Positions 16,842 to 27,526 are shown, numbered from the stretch's first letter. The stretch: 63,910 nt of DNA from a virus (IMGVR_UViG_3300038548_000456:1-63910); one strand, 5' to 3'. Notes: generated from the sequence alone by a model not told the origin. Made by a program: numbers and translations.

Positions 16842-17819
16842 ATGACAGGTTCAACCCAAGAGGAACAAGAAGAAGAAGAAAAAATCATTGCGGTGGAGGA
16901 TAAGACTGATGATGAAGGGGATGACGAAGAAGGAAAAGAGGCAAAAGAGAAAGAGGGACAAGAAGAACAAGAACAAGAAGACGACGAGGAAGAGGGAGAA
17001 CGCTTAGGAGCCAGCGAAGACGATGATGACGACGCGGCTACCAAGCTAGAGAAACGTCGATCCGAACGGAAGACTCGCAAAGAACGACAAAAGGTAGCTC
17101 GGGCTCGTGATCAGAAAGAGATGAGCTTCCTTCGAGGTCGAAATGAAACACTCGAGCGACGGTTCTCCGAATTAGATGCAAGGGTTGGTCATAGCGAAGT
17201 TGCTCAGGTTGACACTCGCATCACTGATCTGAAGTCGCAGATCAAACTGGCTGATCAAGTCATCACAAAGTCGATTGACTCTCAGGATGGTGCATCCTAC
17301 ACTGAGGCACAAGGCATAAGAGATAATCTTCGAGACCAGCTGAATCGGATGGAGTATGCAAAACAATCCATGACTCAGCGAGCAGAACAACCTGAAAGGG
17401 ATCCACGTCTAATTAGTCACGCTGCTGACTGGGTAAAAAGCCACGACTGGTGGGATCCGAACGGTGGTGATGCTGACTCAAGAAAGGTATCACAGCTTGA
17501 TGCACAACTAGTCAACGAGCAATATGATCCGACTACTCCGGAATACTGGGATATGCTTAGTGAACGAGTAAAGGAGGCTCTGCCTCATCGGTATAGTGAT
17601 GATGAAGGCAACGGTGAGAAGAAACCTAAGCCGAAAGCAAAACCTAAAGGTCCTACCATGTCAGTTGGAGGGCGTGAACGTCCTCTGAAGAAGAACGAAG
17701 TATACATTAGCCCTGAGCGTAAAGAAGCGATGATCGAAGCTGGTGTATGGGAAGATCCGGAACTGCGTCAGAAGTACTTGAAGAGTTATTCCAAGTACGA
17801 CGCAGAGAACCGGGCATAA
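16842..17819 (+). CDS. Putative capsid scaffolding protein
   Basis: Acidic N-terminus, coiled coil, position upstream of the capsid genes. Confidence 0.7.
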   Translation: MTGSTQEEQEEEEKIIAVEDKTDDEGDDEEGKEAKEKEGQEEQEQEDDEEEGERLGASEDDDDDAATKLEKRRSERKTRKERQKVARARDQKEMSFLRGRNETLERRFSELDARVGHSEVAQVDTRITDLKSQIKLADQVITKSIDSQDGASYTEAQGIRDNLRDQLNRMEYAKQSMTQRAEQPERDPRLISHAADWVKSHDWWDPNGGDADSRKVSQLDAQLVNEQYDPTTPEYWDMLSERVKEALPHRYSDDEGNGEKKPKPKAKPKGPTMSVGGRERPLKKNEVYISPERKEAMIEAGVWEDPELRQKYLKSYSKYDAENRA

Positions 17820-17845
17820 CGACAGCTGTCTGAAGGAGAAAGCTC

Positions 17846-18430
17846 ATGGCTAGAAAATTATCACAACGAGACCCGAAACTGAACGCTCAATCTGAATCAC
17901 GCGCATCACGAGAGGAAGGTGATAGGAATGTCACCCAGGATCGACAGCTAAGTGATAGTGAGAGACTTGATGAGTTTCGGCAAACATTCTTCCAATCAGC
18001 ACTGCCTGATCTCCCGCCAATACCGGGGTATCACGTTTGTTGGCTAACCACGGAGAACCCACGCGATCCTATCCCCTCTCGGATGAGAATGGGGTATGAG
18101 CCTATCAAGTCAAGCGACATTCTAGGTTGGGAACACGCCTCATTGAAGACAGGCGAGTACGCCGGAATGGTCGGAGTGAACGAGATGGTAGCATTTAAGA
18201 TTCCACTTCACCTCTACGAAATCTACATGACTGAGGCGCATCACACGCAGCCTCTCATGGAGGAGTCGAAGTTAAATGAAGCCAGAATACTGGCTGAGGA
18301 AGCGGCATCTCAAATGGCAAGGGCACCTATTAGCTTCGAACTAGAAGAGGGGCAAGCAGATTTTGGACAAGCACCGGATGCACCGAACTTTGAAGAGACA
18401 TTAACAAACAGAGAACGGCCCACTCGGTAA
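17846..18430 (+). CDS. Head-module protein of unknown function
   Basis: 194-aa ORF; AAGGAG SD. Confidence 0.7.
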   Translation: MARKLSQRDPKLNAQSESRASREEGDRNVTQDRQLSDSERLDEFRQTFFQSALPDLPPIPGYHVCWLTTENPRDPIPSRMRMGYEPIKSSDILGWEHASLKTGEYAGMVGVNEMVAFKIPLHLYEIYMTEAHHTQPLMEESKLNEARILAEEAASQMARAPISFELEEGQADFGQAPDAPNFEETLTNRERPTR

Positions 18431-18455
18431 ACTAACTTAATCTGGAGAAATTACT

Positions 18456-19022
18456 ATGAGTTCTGTAGCTTCCCCGTTTGGCTTAAAGCCTGCTTGGCAT
18501 CCCTCTGGCGTTATTCGTCAGCAGCAAGGTACCATTATCTCTGGCTTGGCGTCAAACATTTTCCAGTTTTCTCCCGTGCGTTGGGCAGATGCAACTGGCG
18601 GTTTAGTTCCCGCTGTTGCCGGTGCTACCAATGTTCTTGGTGCCTTCATGGGCGTCGAGTTCACTGGTACTGATGGCAGGCGTCGTGTCGCAAACTTCTG
18701 GGAGTCCGGTCAGGTAGGCACAGAAATTGTTGCTTACTTTACAATGGACCCTCAGATCGTCTATGAAATCCAAGCTGAAGGCTCCGTTCTTCAGCTCAAC
18801 GTGGGTGACATGGCGGACTACAATGCATTGGCAGGAAACACAACGACCGGCTTGTCTAGCGTATCGTTGGATTCATCCGCGCTTAGCGCTGCTGCCGCAC
18901 AACTTCGTGTTGTCGGTATCAACCCTGGATCTGATAACGTCGTTGGTGATGCATTCACCATTGTCGAAGTTCAGATTGCTGAGCACGCCTTTAACGCCTA
19001 CACCGTCGTGAAGACGGCTTAA
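18456..19022 (+). CDS. Putative capsid decoration/auxiliary protein
   Basis: Beta-rich; PFGLKP, GAFMGVEF, DPQIVYEIQA; directly precedes the major capsid gene. Confidence 0.65.
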   Translation: MSSVASPFGLKPAWHPSGVIRQQQGTIISGLASNIFQFSPVRWADATGGLVPAVAGATNVLGAFMGVEFTGTDGRRRVANFWESGQVGTEIVAYFTMDPQIVYEIQAEGSVLQLNVGDMADYNALAGNTTTGLSSVSLDSSALSAAAAQLRVVGINPGSDNVVGDAFTIVEVQIAEHAFNAYTVVKTA

Positions 19023-19047
19023 TTGGTTTAACATAGGAGCATAAGTT

Positions 19048-19977
19048 ATGGCTGTCCCAATGAGGTCCACCGACTTTCGTTCAATCGTTGAACCGATTTT
19101 GAATGAGAGTTTTGACGGCATTTACAATCAACGCGCCGACGAGTGGAAAGGTTGTTTCAAAGAAAGAAACGGCACTCCACGTTCTTATCACGAAGAGCCA
19201 GTACTGTATGGCTTCGGAGCTGCACCTGAAATGCCTGACGGCACGCCGGTCACCTACGATGCCGGCGGTGTACTCTTCATCCAACGCTATGTCTACAAGG
19301 TCTTCGGACTTGCTTTCGCACTGACTAAGGTGCTCGTCGAAGATGGCGATCACATTAAGATTGGTACGATCTACTCTGAGCATCTTGCTCAGTCCATGAT
19401 CGAAACGAAAGAGACACTCTGCGCCAACATCTTCAATCGTTCCTTTAATGGCGCGTTTGTCGGTGGTGACGGCGTAGCGTTGAACGTCACTAACCATCCA
19501 ATTGCACCGGGTGGTACTACAGCTGGCGTATTCTCTAACCTGTTGACAACTGCCGCGGCATTGTCACAGACGTCTCTTGAGCAGACACTCATTCAGATTC
19601 GCAATGCTGTTGATAATAACGGCAAGCGTATCCGTTTGACGCCTAAGAAGATCGTCTGTGGTCCGAGCCTAGTGTTCCAGTCTGAAGTTCTGCTGAAGAG
19701 CGTGCTTCGTACTGGTACGGCTAACAACGACATCAACCCAATCAAATCAATGGGTCTGCTGAGCGATGGACAGGCTAATCTGTCCCGTATCACCAGCACG
19801 ACTGCTTGGTGGATTGGTACCGATGCTCCGCGTGGCTTGCAGATGATGAAACGCCGTGGTCTTGAGAAGTCAATGGAAGGCGACTTCGAGACAGACTCTA
19901 TGCGTTACAAGTCAACAGAACGCTACATCCCATCGTGGACAGATCCTCGGACTGTTTACGGTACTCCAGGACTCTAA
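19048..19977 (+). CDS. Major capsid protein (HK97 fold, Mu gpT-like)
   Basis: 309 aa; GFGAAP..PDG, GGDGVAL...HP, SMEGDFETDSMRYK..ERY...WTDPR..YG.PG. Confidence 0.85.
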   Translation: MAVPMRSTDFRSIVEPILNESFDGIYNQRADEWKGCFKERNGTPRSYHEEPVLYGFGAAPEMPDGTPVTYDAGGVLFIQRYVYKVFGLAFALTKVLVEDGDHIKIGTIYSEHLAQSMIETKETLCANIFNRSFNGAFVGGDGVALNVTNHPIAPGGTTAGVFSNLLTTAAALSQTSLEQTLIQIRNAVDNNGKRIRLTPKKIVCGPSLVFQSEVLLKSVLRTGTANNDINPIKSMGLLSDGQANLSRITSTTAWWIGTDAPRGLQMMKRRGLEKSMEGDFETDSMRYKSTERYIPSWTDPRTVYGTPGL

Positions 19978-19999
19978 TCGAGAGACCTACAAGAAGGGT

Positions 20000-20050
20000 G
20001 GGGGCCGGACGTGAAACGGCCCCCTAACTTTTCCAGACGTGAAATGGAAA
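20000..20050 (+). promoter_or_regulatory. Twin hairpins with identical loops after the capsid gene (first may act as terminator)
   Basis: GGGGGCCG-GACGTGAAA-CGGCCCCC and TTTCCA-GACGTGAAA-TGGAAA. Confidence 0.65.
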
Positions 20051-20073
20051 GACCACAACTTTAGGAGAACAAC

Positions 20074-20790
20074 ATGGGCCTTGTAAACATACAAAATACC
20101 AATCTCGAAAACGGTATCACCAACCGCAATGCTGCGGCTATTTTTGGTTCAATGGGTCATCTTGATCCAACTAAGTTCATCACACACATGGATGACTTCC
20201 TTGCACCCTCCTTTGTAACCGTTCAAATAAACGGCTACACTTTTACTACTGCGGGGACTAGTGGGGCTATCACAGCCGTAGCTGAATCACTGGGCGGTGA
20301 AATTCTGATTCTCACCGACGATGATGACAATGATCTTGGAATCATTCAAACAAACACCAGAGGGTTCACTGTCGCTGCTAGTAAGCGTCTTTACTTCGGC
20401 TGCAAATTCAACAGCGATGTTGTACTTCTTTCTGATCTTGTTGCAGGTCTCATGGAGTCTTCATCTCTGACTCCTCCTAGCGGGATATTCTTCCAGAGTC
20501 TTGAAGCGAGTACAGATATTGATATCGTAGCTCGGTCAGCTGCTGGTCAAACCGCCATCGTGGAGGGCATTGCTACCATCGTCGCTGATGAAGATGTCAC
20601 ACTTGAATTCTACTTCGATGGCATCGACCGAGCCTACTTCGCAGTCAACGGCACTCCGAGCGGGTTCCTTGATATGGCGGGTACAACTCTTCCTGACGAT
20701 TTCTTGGGCCCAACCATCGGAGCTATCACAAGAGCAGCTGCAGCTGTTTCAGTCCAGGTTGATTACCTCTTCGCCTCTCAGGAGAGATAA
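20074..20790 (+). CDS. Putative virion structural protein (beta-sandwich)
   Basis: AGGAG SD; beta-rich; structural module. Confidence 0.7.
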   Translation: MGLVNIQNTNLENGITNRNAAAIFGSMGHLDPTKFITHMDDFLAPSFVTVQINGYTFTTAGTSGAITAVAESLGGEILILTDDDDNDLGIIQTNTRGFTVAASKRLYFGCKFNSDVVLLSDLVAGLMESSSLTPPSGIFFQSLEASTDIDIVARSAAGQTAIVEGIATIVADEDVTLEFYFDGIDRAYFAVNGTPSGFLDMAGTTLPDDFLGPTIGAITRAAAAVSVQVDYLFASQER

Positions 20791-20792
20791 TC

Positions 20793-21428
20793 ATGAGACC
20801 TGTTATCCAATCACGGACCTTAGCTACGGCTGATCCGAACGGGATCGCCGAGACTCAGACTCCATTAGCTGGGGGAAATTTAACTCTTGATGGTGCTTTG
20901 GTGGTTGCTGGTGTAGCCATACTCGATGCCCAACGAAGAGTCATCATCACCTCAGCGGCGGATGATACAGCCAGGACGTTCACCGTTACTGGAACGGATG
21001 AGCAAGGTCGTACCATTACTGAAGCCATTGCCGGAGTTGACACTGCTGCTGCTACGTCTCTGTTGGACTTTTTCACCGTGACTCAGATTGCAGTGGACGC
21101 CGCTACAGCAGGTGCAGTCATAGCTGGCACCAATGGAGTTGGAGCTTCTATTCCCATTCCTATCGATAAGTACCTCAGTCCAACTAGCATCGGACTTGGA
21201 ATCATTGTCATAGGCACTATCAACTACACCATCGAGCATACATTTGATGATGTCTTTGATGGAAATGCTTCAGCTATCCGGAGCTGGTTCGATCATCCTA
21301 CTCTCGCCGGTGAAACTGCGAGTATGGATGGTAACTACATGGCTCCTCCTAGCGCTTGTCGAATCTTAACCAATTCAGGGGGGGGATCTGCTGTGTTCAC
21401 CCTGATACAAGCTGGAGCAGTCGCATGA
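20793..21428 (+). CDS. Putative virion structural protein
   Basis: Ala/Thr/Gly-rich; TFTVTGTD.QG....EAIAG. Confidence 0.7.
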   Translation: MRPVIQSRTLATADPNGIAETQTPLAGGNLTLDGALVVAGVAILDAQRRVIITSAADDTARTFTVTGTDEQGRTITEAIAGVDTAAATSLLDFFTVTQIAVDAATAGAVIAGTNGVGASIPIPIDKYLSPTSIGLGIIVIGTINYTIEHTFDDVFDGNASAIRSWFDHPTLAGETASMDGNYMAPPSACRILTNSGGGSAVFTLIQAGAVA

Positions 21429-21979
21429 GTATCGGTGGAGATATGACGGGAGATATGATACAACTCCCTAAGTATCTTGTGGAAGATTCTCCTCGTCTTG
21501 TGGATAGGATGAAAGCTTTCGAAGAAGGCCATCAGAAAGCAATTGATGCAGCTAAACTTCTGGGAGATGTAGAAGACATTCCGCGCCTCAAGAAAGAGGC
21601 AGCTGCAGAAGCCGACAAACAAAGCGTTCTTACTCGGGAGGCTAAGGAGGCAGCCAAGAAAATAATCTCAGGTGCTGAAGGAGAAGCGACTGAAATTTTT
21701 GCTGCTGCTGAAACAGAAGCAGAGAAACTTATAGCTGATGCCAAGGAAATGACTGCCAGATCAGAGGAAGTTAATAAGGCAGCCATTAAGGTTTCTCAAA
21801 CAACTGTTGAACGACTGAGACAGGTAGAAAAACGTGAGAAAGATCTTGCTGATGGGTGGGAAAAACTCATGACGCAAGAAGAAAATCTCGATTCCCTTAA
21901 AACCCAACTTCTGCAGGAGAAGTCCAAGCTCGCATCGGTGCGCGAGCATGTTGATCAAATCGATCAAATCCTGAGGTAG
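21425..21979 (+). CDS. Coiled-coil protein
   Basis: ATGA coupling; Ala/Glu/Lys heptads. Confidence 0.65.
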   Translation: MSIGGDMTGDMIQLPKYLVEDSPRLVDRMKAFEEGHQKAIDAAKLLGDVEDIPRLKKEAAAEADKQSVLTREAKEAAKKIISGAEGEATEIFAAAETEAEKLIADAKEMTARSEEVNKAAIKVSQTTVERLRQVEKREKDLADGWEKLMTQEENLDSLKTQLLQEKSKLASVREHVDQIDQILR

Positions 21980-21984
21980 TCTTT

Positions 21985-24585
21985 ATGTCACAATCAAGCG
22001 GTATGGGCTTTGCTGGGGTTATATCTATTCCGATGCCAGATGGCGGTGCTGCGGGCACTGTTCTTACTAAACAATCGCTCAATGATTACGATTATGATTG
22101 GGAACTCGGGGGTGGGATTGTCCTGAGCATCGTTGCCGGCGACAACATGCTTGTTGATGATACAGATCCGGGGAACCCGGTTGTTGCCTTACAATCTTCG
22201 ATTAATGGTGTCACCGTAAACGGCGTTGTGCTCACTCAGCTGGGAGTGGGGACCAATTTTCTGGATGAACAAGGGAATTATTCGTCGCCACCAGAAGTCG
22301 ATAGTGTATCGGGCGGGACAAACATCAATGTTTCAGGGCCGAGCTCCGATCCTGCTGTAAACCTGGATGCCGCCATTGCGGGGGTTTCAGTCAATGGTGT
22401 CACGCTTACAGCAGTCGGCGCTGTCACCGATTTTTTAAATGCGGCTGGTGCCTATTCGGTGCCTGCCGGTGATGGCAACCTCTATGATAATGATGGCACG
22501 CTGACGGCGAACCGAACAATCCTCGCGAATGACGGCGATTTTTTCGTGGTCAATCAGTACGACGTTACTGCAGCGGATTTTCTTCAGCGTTCCAAGTTTC
22601 AAATCGACCCATCGATATTCCGCTTGCAGGTAACCGAAGGTGACGGGATCGGCGGAACAGTAGGTACGGTGCGGGATATTCGCATTGACGATAGTCAGAT
22701 GCTGATTGCCGACCAAGCAAACACGGAAGGTCTTTTCTACGGCGGTAACTACGCGACGAATGGTGTTGCTAACCGTGGTGATCGCTGGATAGTAGACCGA
22801 GGCTTTGTTGATCTGGAAGCACTATCCACTGTGCTTGTGGTTCGTACCTTGTCTGACTTACCTGCGCCATCAGGAGGGGCGATTGATGTCAGCGCGTTTA
22901 ATCAAATCATTTTTAGGACAGCATCATTAGATCTTGGCAGCGACAAACTGCTGACGACAAGCTCTGCCCTAACGATGACCGGCCTTTCGGCATTAACCAC
23001 AGTGCTCACGAGCTCGAACGCTGACGGCACGATTGATTCAAACGGATTCTTCTTGTCATTGCAGGAAATGAATGTTGCAAATACCGGTTCTAACACGCGA
23101 TCAATTCGCCATACGGGAGCGGGCTCAGTATTTTTTATTGGCGCGACGGTCATTCAGGACGATATCGAGCTAGGCACCTTCGGATCGGTTACCATTGAAG
23201 ATTCGCAGTTGGAAGGCTTCGTAAATTTCACTACCGCTAACGTTTTCTCAAGCGTTACTTTCCGCACAGTCAATGTTGTGCAGACCGCTGCGATCTCTGT
23301 ACTCGTTTTTGATGTAAACGCAACGATAGGCCGCTTGGAAATCGACAACGTCCTATATGCCGGTATATCTGGCGGTCATTTAATAGAGATTGAAAACCCC
23401 GACGAATTTGTCCAGGCAACGATTAGAAACTCTCCCTTAGGAATTATCGGAGAAGTTCTACAGTGCACGCCTGTATCGAGTAGCAACTTCACACCAGTAA
23501 CAAGCAATGTGCGCGGCGCGTGTGTTGATGCTAACAACAACCTGATCACCACCGATATCACTTCCGGCAATATTGTTCGCTATGTGGGCTTGACCAGCAC
23601 GGTTGACGTGACGATTGCTGCACCGAGTTCGAATGTTCAAGGGGTAACTTGGTATAAAGGGGATTTATACAGCGCTGATTTTGGCGGAGCCGTGCGCCAG
23701 CACGATGGCTTCAGCACAACAATACTGAGCACTGTTAACATGACAGAACTTGTTATTGATATAACTTTTGCCGGTGCTGACATTTGCTTAAACGACAATA
23801 CGACCGATCTGATCATCATCAAAGAGGGGTTTTCAGACACCACTAAATCGAGCTTTGCTATAGGCACTAACAATGCTGGACTTACTTTTGACGGTATTAA
23901 TTTGTTGGTGCTGCATGATGCCGTAGTCAGTGTGATGAAAGGTATCACCGGGCTTATACAATATGAGTTTGAAACTCCGGTAGATTTCTCGGTCGCCATT
24001 GACGTGCATGATACTGGCTTCATGATTGCAGACAACAACCGCATTGATCTAATCAATCACCCTGTTACGTTCGATCAAAGTTCTGCAAGATGGGAGATGA
24101 GCGACAACAGCGGTGCAGCCGCTCCGTCTGATTCTAGTGATCGAGGCGGCTCTAGTTTCGATAATGGTAATACCTATTTGCCTGTCACGGTTGTGCAAGA
24201 CGAATTCACCGACATTGACGATGGCGCTACAGACATTTTCTATGCTCTATTTTCTGAGAATGAAAAGGCTTTTCTCCACGATGAAACTAACGGCGAATTA
24301 GAATGGACGAGTGCCCGTACCAGAGGGCAAATTATTACGGGCACCGTCAACGTTGCGCGGGTAGGTACTACAGATAGGCAGCTAGAATTAGTTATAGTCA
24401 TCAATGATGAAGTGCAAGATGATAGTAAAGCGTCCGTGTTCTTAACCAACACCAGCCCGGTAACGCTGACAACGCTCCCTGTTTCAAAAACACTTGGCTC
24501 AGGTGATAAGGTGAAATTGCAATTCAAGGATCTATCTAGTGCTAACGGTGAAGAGTTCGCTTTGGCTAAATTGAGTATCGTTTAA
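21985..24585 (+). CDS. Tail fibre / receptor-binding protein
   Basis: 866 aa; GGAAGTVLTKQS..DYDYDW fibre motif, two ~55-aa repeats, propeller-like repeats. Confidence 0.7.
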   Translation: MSQSSGMGFAGVISIPMPDGGAAGTVLTKQSLNDYDYDWELGGGIVLSIVAGDNMLVDDTDPGNPVVALQSSINGVTVNGVVLTQLGVGTNFLDEQGNYSSPPEVDSVSGGTNINVSGPSSDPAVNLDAAIAGVSVNGVTLTAVGAVTDFLNAAGAYSVPAGDGNLYDNDGTLTANRTILANDGDFFVVNQYDVTAADFLQRSKFQIDPSIFRLQVTEGDGIGGTVGTVRDIRIDDSQMLIADQANTEGLFYGGNYATNGVANRGDRWIVDRGFVDLEALSTVLVVRTLSDLPAPSGGAIDVSAFNQIIFRTASLDLGSDKLLTTSSALTMTGLSALTTVLTSSNADGTIDSNGFFLSLQEMNVANTGSNTRSIRHTGAGSVFFIGATVIQDDIELGTFGSVTIEDSQLEGFVNFTTANVFSSVTFRTVNVVQTAAISVLVFDVNATIGRLEIDNVLYAGISGGHLIEIENPDEFVQATIRNSPLGIIGEVLQCTPVSSSNFTPVTSNVRGACVDANNNLITTDITSGNIVRYVGLTSTVDVTIAAPSSNVQGVTWYKGDLYSADFGGAVRQHDGFSTTILSTVNMTELVIDITFAGADICLNDNTTDLIIIKEGFSDTTKSSFAIGTNNAGLTFDGINLLVLHDAVVSVMKGITGLIQYEFETPVDFSVAIDVHDTGFMIADNNRIDLINHPVTFDQSSARWEMSDNSGAAAPSDSSDRGGSSFDNGNTYLPVTVVQDEFTDIDDGATDIFYALFSENEKAFLHDETNGELEWTSARTRGQIITGTVNVARVGTTDRQLELVIVINDEVQDDSKASVFLTNTSPVTLTTLPVSKTLGSGDKVKLQFKDLSSANGEEFALAKLSIV

Positions 24586-24598
24586 GGGGTGTGATGGT

Positions 24599-25348
24599 AT
24601 GGGTGAACTGAAAGATGTTAACCGGGATGATTTGCTGAATCGATTTGCAAATCACTCTTTTACAGAAATTGCTGTTGGTGATCAGACGCGAGTTGATTTC
24701 AAAGATGGCAGTTCTAATCTTATTGGAAGCGCACAAAGCAAAGTTGTTGATATTGCGTACCAGCGTATCCGGCAGGAACTTGTTGGCGGCGGTAGTATTT
24801 TGCTCGGCGACTTCACCTTTCAGGGCAGCACTAAGTTCGGTGGTGATACATCAATCATTCCTAACGGGGCTATTGATGTTGTTGGCGTTAATGCCGCTAC
24901 CACTCGAATTAGGACTTTCCGGTTCCAAAATAGTTTTAATGGGGCGGCGATCCAAATGGGGCTTTCGAGAGGAAGTGAAGGCTCACTAAGTGCTGTACTG
25001 TCAGCGGATAGACTCGGGCAAATCCTATTCCTCGGGGATGATGGCGTTGAGCAAACTGGCTCAGGTCCGGTAATACGCTGTTTCACTGTGGAAGATTGGA
25101 GCGGATCAGCCAAGGGTAGTAAAATCACGGTTGAGACCGTCAAACCCGGTGCTACTGATGAGACTCTGGCGATGACCTTCAGCGAGCATGGCTATCCCGA
25201 GACGCCGACTTATACAGTTGCTACGCTGCCGAATGTTGGTAGTGGAGGGGGTATGATTTTAGTCAGCGATGAGACCGGAGGTGCTACGCTCGCATTCAGC
25301 GATGGCATCAACTGGCGTCGAGTTCAGGATCGGGCTATTGTAGCCTAA
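24599..25348 (+). CDS. Putative tail fibre-related protein
   Basis: C-terminal YTVATLP...VSDETGGATLAFSDGINWRRV fibre module. Confidence 0.65.
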   Translation: MGELKDVNRDDLLNRFANHSFTEIAVGDQTRVDFKDGSSNLIGSAQSKVVDIAYQRIRQELVGGGSILLGDFTFQGSTKFGGDTSIIPNGAIDVVGVNAATTRIRTFRFQNSFNGAAIQMGLSRGSEGSLSAVLSADRLGQILFLGDDGVEQTGSGPVIRCFTVEDWSGSAKGSKITVETVKPGATDETLAMTFSEHGYPETPTYTVATLPNVGSGGGMILVSDETGGATLAFSDGINWRRVQDRAIVA

Positions 25349-25358
25349 GGATAAAACA

Positions 25359-25583
25359 ATGGAACTAATAGGAACTTTACTTACAGCCGCAGTTATTTTG
25401 TTCTTCATCTGTGTGGTCATACTATTTGACTTCGTGAAGGGAAGATTAGAAGATCAAGCTATTGAGACTGAGGATCTTCGAAAAACGCTGGAGGGACACA
25501 CAGTCGTTCTTAGAAAGCACGAAGATCTGCATTCTCATCAGGATAAAATTAACCAACACATAAGAGTCAACAAAAATGGTTGA
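25359..25583 (+). CDS. Small membrane-anchored protein
   Basis: N-terminal TM helix plus coiled coil. Confidence 0.6.
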   Translation: MELIGTLLTAAVILFFICVVILFDFVKGRLEDQAIETEDLRKTLEGHTVVLRKHEDLHSHQDKINQHIRVNKNG

Positions 25584-25926
25584 AGAAATTCATTCCGAGC
25601 AAAATAGACTAACTGCTCGATGGAAAGAGAGGACAGTTGAATGGGCTGCTGTCATCATAGCTACGCTGGCTCTGTTTGTTGTCATTCTAAGTTTTGGGAT
25701 GTCAATACTGGCTGTCTACATTTCCAATCAGGCTGATGATCAGATAATGGCTCTTAAGGTGTTGGGACATGAGGAGTTGCTAGCATTGGAAGCTGAACTA
25801 AGAGAAGATTTGAACCACGAGAGAACTTCGTGGGCAGAGCAAAGTAATATGACTCAGGCTTATATTTTCAGTCTGAAATCTAAAATGGTAGAACACGGAC
25901 TTGAAGTCCCTGAACAGGAGAAATAA
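25576..25926 (+). CDS. Membrane protein
   Basis: TM helix WAAVIIATLALFVVILSFGMSILAVY. Confidence 0.6.
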   Translation: MVEEIHSEQNRLTARWKERTVEWAAVIIATLALFVVILSFGMSILAVYISNQADDQIMALKVLGHEELLALEAELREDLNHERTSWAEQSNMTQAYIFSLKSKMVEHGLEVPEQEK

Positions 25927-26122
25927 GATGAGTGGTGGAGCATGTGTAATAATTATTGATTCGGCGGCTATATCGGCTACAGTGGATAATATCGGAGTTC
26001 TTGTGAACGAAAAGAAGATCAAGAACAAAGATACGATCAAAGCTGGAGTTTCTTGCCTGAAGAAAGTGAAAGAGGAGTTGGATGAGTTCTTGAACTTAGT
26101 ACAGGAGGAGGATGATGGGTGA
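25901..26122 (+). CDS. Hypothetical protein (start probably at MSGGAC)
   Basis: AGGAG SD. Confidence 0.55.
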   Translation: MKSLNRRNKMSGGACVIIIDSAAISATVDNIGVLVNEKKIKNKDTIKAGVSCLKKVKEELDEFLNLVQEEDDG

Positions 26123-26468
26123 TTTCAAAACAGGAGGCCACTTTGATTCACTGTATGAGGCGGGTGAGAAGATGGGGTTCGCTAGAGGGGGTGCCGTTAA
26201 GGACACTGGTAATATGCCTGCAACTAAAGGAGATAGTCAGCAAGAGATTGAGGCTGGCGGTCGAGCTAAGGTTCGTCCCGGTTACAAGCATGGTGGAAAG
26301 AAAAAGAAGGCAATGAAGGGTGGTCATATGGAATCCAAGGCTCCTCAAAAGATGCCGAAGAACGTTAAAAAGAGAGGAGGTTCTGCGCATGCGTCAAAGT
26401 ACGCACATGGCGGAAAGATGAAGCATGGCGGTCCTTACAACTCAGAGCCGATGTACGGGAAGGATTAA
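26112..26468 (+). CDS. Small basic protein built of xxxGG repeats (putative internal virion protein)
   Basis: FKTGG, FARGG, YKHGG, YAHGG plus related MKGG, KRGG, KHGG. Confidence 0.75.
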   Translation: MMGDFKTGGHFDSLYEAGEKMGFARGGAVKDTGNMPATKGDSQQEIEAGGRAKVRPGYKHGGKKKKAMKGGHMESKAPQKMPKNVKKRGGSAHASKYAHGGKMKHGGPYNSEPMYGKD

Positions 26469-27524
26469 ATGGCAACCTCAGGGACAGTAGCAACAACGGT
26501 CTTTCCAACGAGAAAGGTGATTGATCATGCTTTTCGACGATGCAAGTTGGTGCCGCAACAGATAGCGGGTGAGCCGATCCAAGTAGCGTTGGATCTTCTC
26601 TTCTTAGAACTGTCAGCTCTAGGTAATCGAGGAATTCCTCTGTGGACAGTTGATAAGTTCATTCTACCAGTCTATGAGCGAATTGCTTCTGTGCCTACCC
26701 CAGCGGGAACAATTGATGTCTTTGATGTAAACCTCAGGGAGAATCAGCGGATTGATGGAACTAACTCCTCATCTGAGGGAGTTGCTGATAATGCCTTTGA
26801 TGCTGATCTGAGTACTGCTTGCACACAGACTTCAATTGCAGGCTTCATTCAGATGGAATTGACTTCAAACAACACTGTTCCGATCTATGGTCTCTTGCCT
26901 AATGTCACCGGCACTTGGGACTTCTCGTTTCAATTCTCTGATGATGGGATTACCTTCACGGATATCTTAGCCTTGTCTAGTCAAGCTGTAGTCGCAGGAG
27001 AATGGCTGTGGTTCGATGTAGAAGGTGTTGGTGATCATCTGTTCTGGCGCCTACAAGCGAGCGGCACGACCGTCCTAGACGTCACTGAGCTGGTGTTCCA
27101 GAACACCCCTCAGGAGATACCGTTCTATCAACTTAATCGGACTGACTATAACAACCTTCCTAACAAGACCAGGACGGGAAGGCCTACTCAGTTCTGGTAT
27201 GACAAGGACCGTCAGAATCCGATCTTGACTATTTGGCCCAATCCTGAGCTTCAATTCACCTTTGCACAGATCACTGGGTATCTACATCGTCAAATTCAAG
27301 ATGTAGGAACTATGCAACAAGAGATCGAATGTCCTCAGAGATGGTATTTAGCCGTTGTTCTTCAGTTGGCCAAGCATTTATGCAAGGAGATCAAGGAGGT
27401 CGATCCTGCGTTGATTCCTATAATCGAAGCTGATGCCGCCTGGGAACTCAAAAGAGCCTGGGACGGCGAAGGCGATGGCTCTTCTGCTTTCTTTAGACCC
27501 AACATCAGACCCTATACGGCTTAA
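26469..27524 (+). CDS. Head-tail adaptor / tail tubular protein with inserted beta-sandwich domain
   Basis: NRGIPLWT, DYNNLPNKTRTGRPTQFWYD, IWPNP; insert ADNAFDADLST. Confidence 0.7.
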   Translation: MATSGTVATTVFPTRKVIDHAFRRCKLVPQQIAGEPIQVALDLLFLELSALGNRGIPLWTVDKFILPVYERIASVPTPAGTIDVFDVNLRENQRIDGTNSSSEGVADNAFDADLSTACTQTSIAGFIQMELTSNNTVPIYGLLPNVTGTWDFSFQFSDDGITFTDILALSSQAVVAGEWLWFDVEGVGDHLFWRLQASGTTVLDVTELVFQNTPQEIPFYQLNRTDYNNLPNKTRTGRPTQFWYDKDRQNPILTIWPNPELQFTFAQITGYLHRQIQDVGTMQQEIECPQRWYLAVVLQLAKHLCKEIKEVDPALIPIIEADAAWELKRAWDGEGDGSSAFFRPNIRPYTA

Positions 27525-27526
27525 CC

